From NCBI GenBank assembly GCA_029552985.1, contig JAKPDB010000107.1, positions 15,170-79,169 on the forward strand: a stretch of 64,000 bases of DNA. Reading direction: 5' to 3'. Position 1 is the first letter of the stretch. Every line of letters starts with the position of its first letter. Below, one piece after another: positions 59,888-64,000 of this stretch. The position numbers and the translations under genes are program-made. The notes under the pieces were generated by a model. That model saw only the letters and a list, made by a program, of their open reading frames with translations, made no database searches and was not told the DNA's origin. The stretch is from a bacterium (lineage in GTDB: Bacteria; Ratteibacteria; UBA8468; B48-G9; DTJG01).

Positions 59888-61524
59888 ACATCCTTGGAGT
59901 CAGAAGAAAATATCGCCTTGCCAGTCGTGTCAGTTTTGTTCTGCGAACAATTATCAAACACGGCCTTGGATATTTTATTGACAGAATTTTTAGAGAACCC
60001 CATTTCAGAATTCTTCGTTTTCATAGAGCAGCAGTACCCAAAAGGAAACAGTTATTAAGCACAGCAGAAAGATTACGTTGTGTTATTGAAGAACTTGGTC
60101 CTACATACATAAAAATTGGACAATTTTTCAGTACGCGAGCTGATATTCTATCTGAAGATTTTCTTAAGGAATTGTCTAAACTGCAGGATAGTGTATCTCC
60201 TTTTTCCTTTGAAGAGGTGAAAAAAACGATTGTTGAAGATTTCGGGACACAGATAGAAGACATTTTTGTTGAATTTTCAAAACAACCCCAATTTTCTGCT
60301 TCAATCGGGCAGGTGCATTTTGCCAGGCTTTCCTCTGGACAGAGGTGTGTTGTCAAGGTGCGGAGACCTGGTATTGAAGAGGTTGTTGCAGCAGATATCG
60401 AGGTATTAAAGGAAATTTTGCGGCTTGCTTCAAAGCATATTCCTGAATTGAAACAGTGGAATATATCAAATCTGCTGGAAGAAGCAGGAGAATATTTGAG
60501 AAGGCAGATGGATTTTATTTATGAAGCAGGAATGATGGAGAAATTAAAGGCATTTTATGAGAAAGTCGATATCATGGTGCCACACGTATTGTGGGAATAT
60601 ACCTCCAGAAGGGTTCTTACAATGGAGCAGATACACGGAATGAAAATTTTTGATGTTTCTCATCCAGAACAAAATATACCGCAGCGTCTTGTGAAAGGAT
60701 TGTTTCAAACACTTTTTGAAACAGGTTATTTCCATGGAGACCTTCATCCTGGAAATATCATGCTGACAGATGATGGGAAAATTGCATTTGTTGACTTTGG
60801 TATGGTTGGGTACCTGTCCTTTGAAAAAAGAAAACAAATGGCGGGAATCATTTCTGGCGTGTTAAATGGCAATCTTTCAGAAGCTCTTCCGCATCTGAAA
60901 AAATTTTTTGGTGTGTCATATCATGTGCCAGAAAATTTTGAAAAAGATGTAGGTTTTATCGTTGATAAGTATGGATCTCTTCCTCTGAAAAAAGTGCATC
61001 TGGCAGACATTGTCTACGATTTAATGACCCTGGCAAGAAAAATGAATATGAGGCTTGATTCTGAAATAGGATTGCTTGCAAGAAACCTTATGAGTCTTGA
61101 AGCAATATGTGCCAGAATTAATCCAGGAGAAAGTTTGTTGAATCTCAGCAGGTCATACTGGCAACCAGTATTGGAAACAGGGGTTTTTCAACGTTTCTGG
61201 ATAGAGGATATAAAAAACCTTTTTATTTCTTACAGAAATCTTTTTGCAGAATTTCCTGAAAACTGGGAGGAATTTTTAAGACTCAACAGGGAAAGAGTGG
61301 AAACTGAACAAAAAATTGTCAGCCGTCTTGAGAGATATAACAGGAGTCTTGAACACGCAAGCACAAACATTAGCTTGGCTATCTTGCTATTACCTGTTCT
61401 CAGTGTTTTTTTGTTGATGGGTATCCGAATAATGCACATGGGTTTATTGATTCTGTCGGTTGCAGTATTTATACTCTTTGCGTTTCTTGCTTTTAAGTTG
61501 ACCGCGGGGAAATATGATGATTGA
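59884..61524 (+). CDS. ubiB: ABC1/UbiB family atypical kinase
   Basis: ABC1 motifs (GPTYIKIGQFFSTRADIL, ASIGQVH, HGDLHPGN) and C-terminal TM segments. Confidence 0.85.
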   Translation: MNILGVRRKYRLASRVSFVLRTIIKHGLGYFIDRIFREPHFRILRFHRAAVPKRKQLLSTAERLRCVIEELGPTYIKIGQFFSTRADILSEDFLKELSKLQDSVSPFSFEEVKKTIVEDFGTQIEDIFVEFSKQPQFSASIGQVHFARLSSGQRCVVKVRRPGIEEVVAADIEVLKEILRLASKHIPELKQWNISNLLEEAGEYLRRQMDFIYEAGMMEKLKAFYEKVDIMVPHVLWEYTSRRVLTMEQIHGMKIFDVSHPEQNIPQRLVKGLFQTLFETGYFHGDLHPGNIMLTDDGKIAFVDFGMVGYLSFEKRKQMAGIISGVLNGNLSEALPHLKKFFGVSYHVPENFEKDVGFIVDKYGSLPLKKVHLADIVYDLMTLARKMNMRLDSEIGLLARNLMSLEAICARINPGESLLNLSRSYWQPVLETGVFQRFWIEDIKNLFISYRNLFAEFPENWEEFLRLNRERVETEQKIVSRLERYNRSLEHASTNISLAILLLPVLSVFLLMGIRIMHMGLLILSVAVFILFAFLAFKLTAGKYDD

Positions 61525-62512
61525 TTTTGTTGATGAAGCAAGAATATGGATAAAGGCAGGTGATGGAGGTTCTGGTTGCATCGCTTTTAGAAGAGAAAAA
61601 TTTGTGCCAAAAGGTGGACCATCAGGTGGAGATGGTGGAAAGGGTGGATCTGTATATTTCAGAGCGTGCAACAACGTAAAAACACTGAGGGAGTACTATT
61701 ATCACAGGCATTTTAAAGCTGAAAGCGGAAAACCGGGTGAAGGTAATAATCGTACTGGAGCTGATGGCAAAGACATGATTCTGAAGGTTCCGCCTGGAAC
61801 AGTTGTTATTGAAATCAGAGAAGGAGAAAAGGAAGTTATACTGGCAGATCTTGACAGAGATGGTGCCCAAGTACTTGCAGCCAAAGGTGGAAAAGGTGGA
61901 AAGGGCAATGCAAGTTTTAAGAGTTCGACAAATCAAACGCCACGGATAGCCACTCCAGGGGAACCTGGCGAAGAAAAATTTATCAAGCTTGAGTTGAAGC
62001 TAATCGCAGAGGTTGGTATTATTGGATATCCAAACGCCGGTAAGTCCACGCTTCTTTCAAAAATTTCAAATGCCAGGCCAAAAATTGCAGAATATCCATT
62101 TACAACATTGAATCCAAATCTCGGAGTTGTGGTTGTGGACAATGAAAGGCAATTTGTTGCTGCTGATATACCGGGTCTCATTGAAGGAGCTTCTTCTGGA
62201 GCGGGACTCGGGTTGAAATTTTTGCGCCATATTGAAAGGACAAAGGTTCTGGTTCACCTTATTGATCTTTCTCTCCCGGATGTGGCAAAAAGATATCATA
62301 ACATCAGAAACGAAATCGGCTGTTATGATGTCACATTGCTTGAAAAACCAGAAATTGTAGTAGGCACAAAAATCGATTTACCGGTGTCTCACAATAACAT
62401 TCGAGAATTAGAAAAAATCACAGGTAGATATTTTCTTATTTCCAGTGTGACCAACGAAGGTATTAACACATTGCTTGAGGAAATCTGGAGGGTTCTTACG
62501 CGGGAATCTTGA
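61514..62512 (+). CDS. obg: GTPase Obg (N-terminal Obg fold + G domain; no C-terminal TGS-like domain)
   Basis: FVDEARI, Gly-rich Obg fold, [10 protein letters not shown]-loop and DIPGLIEGA motif. Confidence 0.9.
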   Translation: MMIDFVDEARIWIKAGDGGSGCIAFRREKFVPKGGPSGGDGGKGGSVYFRACNNVKTLREYYYHRHFKAESGKPGEGNNRTGADGKDMILKVPPGTVVIEIREGEKEVILADLDRDGAQVLAAKGGKGGKGNASFKSSTNQTPRIATPGEPGEEKFIKLELKLIAEVGIIGYPNAGKSTLLSKISNARPKIAEYPFTTLNPNLGVVVVDNERQFVAADIPGLIEGASSGAGLGLKFLRHIERTKVLVHLIDLSLPDVAKRYHNIRNEIGCYDVTLLEKPEIVVGTKIDLPVSHNNIRELEKITGRYFLISSVTNEGINTLLEEIWRVLTRES

Positions 62513-62514
62513 TT

Positions 62515-63624
62515 ATGGAACAGACATTAAAAACCAAAAGCGAACAATTGTTTGCCACATTTGAGGATATCAAGAAAAGAATAAAATGGGATCAGCAAGA
62601 ACAGAGATTTTTGTCTCTCGAGAATGAGAAAAATGAAAAGGGGTACTGGGATCCCAAAATGGATGGCGAAAAAATGAAGGAATGGAGTCAACTTGTTGAG
62701 AAACGCATAAAAATTGATAAAATCACCAGGTTATTTGAAAATTTTTCTGCAAGTATTGAACTCCTTGATGAAAATCCAGATCCTGAACTTGAAAAAGAAG
62801 CATCTGGTATTCTTGACGAAATTTCAAAGGAAATTGAAAATTTTAAGATGGAAATTTATTTTTCTGACCCTGCAGATAGAAATAATGCAATTCTTACGCT
62901 TCATGCCGGTGCCGGTGGTACAGAAGCGTGTGATTGGGTAAGTATGCTTTTTAGAATGTATTCGAAGTGGGCAGCGCGAAAAAATATAAAAGTTGAAGTG
63001 GTTGATTTTTTACCCGGAGAAGAAGCGGGTTTGAAAAGGATTACAGCAGTGTTTTCCGGTAATTATGCATATGGATATTTAAAAGGTGAAACAGGAGTTC
63101 ATCGGCTTGTGAGAATATCTCCTTTTGATGCCAACAAACGGCGTCACACCAGTTTTGCTGCTGTAAATGTGATTCCAGAAGTGGACAGGGACATCAAAAT
63201 AGAAATCAAAGAGGAAGATATCGAACTTGAGACATTTCGTTCTGGAGGCAAGGGCGGTCAGAATGTCAATAAAGTTGAGACAGCAGTACGAATAAGACAT
63301 ATACCAACAGGAATTGTTGTACAATGTCAGAACGAAAGAAGTCAGTATAAAAATCGTGAGATGGCGATGAAAATCTTGCGAAGCCGACTGTATCAGATGC
63401 AAATTGAGAAAGAAAAGAAAAAAGAAGCAGAACAATGGGATGCTCAAAAGGAAATTGCCTGGGGAAGTCAAATTAGATCCTATGTATTCTGTCCCTATAC
63501 AATGGTGAAAGACCACCGTACGCAGGTTGAAACAGGTAATGTTGAGGCAGTTATGGATGGTGAAATAGACCAATTTATTCATGCTGAGATTGAATATTTT
63601 GCTCTTGAAAAAAGTGAAAAATGA
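62515..63624 (+). CDS. prfB: peptide chain release factor 2 (single in-frame ORF, no programmed +1 frameshift)
   Basis: SPF motif ([15 protein letters not shown]) and GGQ motif ([11 protein letters not shown]). The N-terminus aligns with E. coli RF2 without a frameshift. Confidence 0.9.
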   Translation: MEQTLKTKSEQLFATFEDIKKRIKWDQQEQRFLSLENEKNEKGYWDPKMDGEKMKEWSQLVEKRIKIDKITRLFENFSASIELLDENPDPELEKEASGILDEISKEIENFKMEIYFSDPADRNNAILTLHAGAGGTEACDWVSMLFRMYSKWAARKNIKVEVVDFLPGEEAGLKRITAVFSGNYAYGYLKGETGVHRLVRISPFDANKRRHTSFAAVNVIPEVDRDIKIEIKEEDIELETFRSGGKGGQNVNKVETAVRIRHIPTGIVVQCQNERSQYKNREMAMKILRSRLYQMQIEKEKKKEAEQWDAQKEIAWGSQIRSYVFCPYTMVKDHRTQVETGNVEAVMDGEIDQFIHAEIEYFALEKSEK

Positions 63625-64000
63625 AGATACTTATCACAGCAGGACCAACAAGAGAATATATTGACCCGGTTAGATTTATCAGCAATCCTGCCACAGGAAC
63701 TCTTGGTTATTTTATAGCGAAAAAAGCCAAGGAAGAAGGACATTCAGTGGTGATTGTTTCAGGCCCTTGTGACATGCCAGAACTTAAAGGGGTTGAAAGA
63801 ATTCAGATAGAATCAGCACTACAGATGAAACATGAAGTGGAAAAAATGTTTCCAGAAATGGATGTGTTGGTGATGACTGCGGCAGTTTCTGACTGGAGAC
63901 CGGCAAAGAAATTTCCTGAAAAATTGAAACTCAAAAAATCCTGGACGTTAAAACTTGTGCCAAACCCTGATATTTTGAAAAGTGTTTCAAAGAAAAAGAA
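63621..64000 (+). CDS. coaB: phosphopantothenate--cysteine ligase (CoaB domain); 3'-partial at window end
   Basis: [20 protein letters not shown] matches the CoaB N-terminus. Start overlaps the prfB stop (ATGA). Confidence 0.7.
   Translation, partial: MKILITAGPTREYIDPVRFISNPATGTLGYFIAKKAKEEGHSVVIVSGPCDMPELKGVERIQIESALQMKHEVEKMFPEMDVLVMTAAVSDWRPAKKFPEKLKLKKSWTLKLVPNPDILKSVSKKK

Noticed and set aside
59584-60024. 146-aa and 85-aa minus-strand ORFs overlapping the phasin-like gene and the ubiB start
   Set aside because: Antisense of a GAA/AAA-rich coding region giving an F/S-rich low-complexity peptide.
62509-62560. Checked prfB for the canonical programmed +1 frameshift
   Set aside because: The N-terminus is colinear with RF2 in a single frame, with no in-frame UGA or CUUUGAC motif.
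1-64000. Scan for CRISPR arrays, IS elements, integrases or prophage genes
   Set aside because: No regularly spaced direct repeats, transposase/integrase-like ORFs or terminal inverted repeats were recognised. Gene content is chromosomal housekeeping plus metabolic.

Overview
The window reads as a compact, low-GC (~37%) bacterial chromosomal segment. Genes are densely packed, with many start/stop overlaps. Most of it is housekeeping. One strand carries lysC, fmt, a ROK glucokinase, coaX-birA, lysS, murJ, a truncated uvrC, the gap-pgk-tpiA-secG operon, ribDE(BA)H-nusB, rpsU, proC, an SBP-less oppBCDF-like ABC set, tsaE, thiL, argG, purN, gpsA and plsY. The other carries tRNA-Val, dnaK, purM, an ABC1 (UbiB-like) kinase, obg, prfB and coaB. 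The stand-out region is a co-directional, largely translationally coupled + strand block at about 21.8-33.1 kb. Its order is: an Opp/Nik-family substrate-binding protein, a DUF2344 protein, a KduI/IolB-family isomerase, an SDR, 6-phosphogluconate dehydrogenase, a HAD hydrolase, a LarA-family (nickel-pincer-nucleotide-dependent racemase/epimerase) homolog, a GatZ/KbaZ-like TIM-barrel protein, transketolase and a small Cys-rich protein. I read this as a candidate undescribed sugar-acid/aldonate catabolic module that feeds the pentose-phosphate pathway. Its predicted Ni cofactor biosynthesis genes (larBCE) are not in the window. Other notable points: a PfkB kinase gene broken at a T9 homopolymer; rpsU and a Zn-ribbon ORF missing from the ORF track; a URO-D/MtaA-like methyltransferase far from a stand-alone corrinoid protein; a 1054-aa cytoplasmic glycoside-hydrolase-like protein; and a sorbitol-type dehydrogenase pair fused to the riboflavin operon. 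No CRISPR array, IS element or prophage signal was seen.
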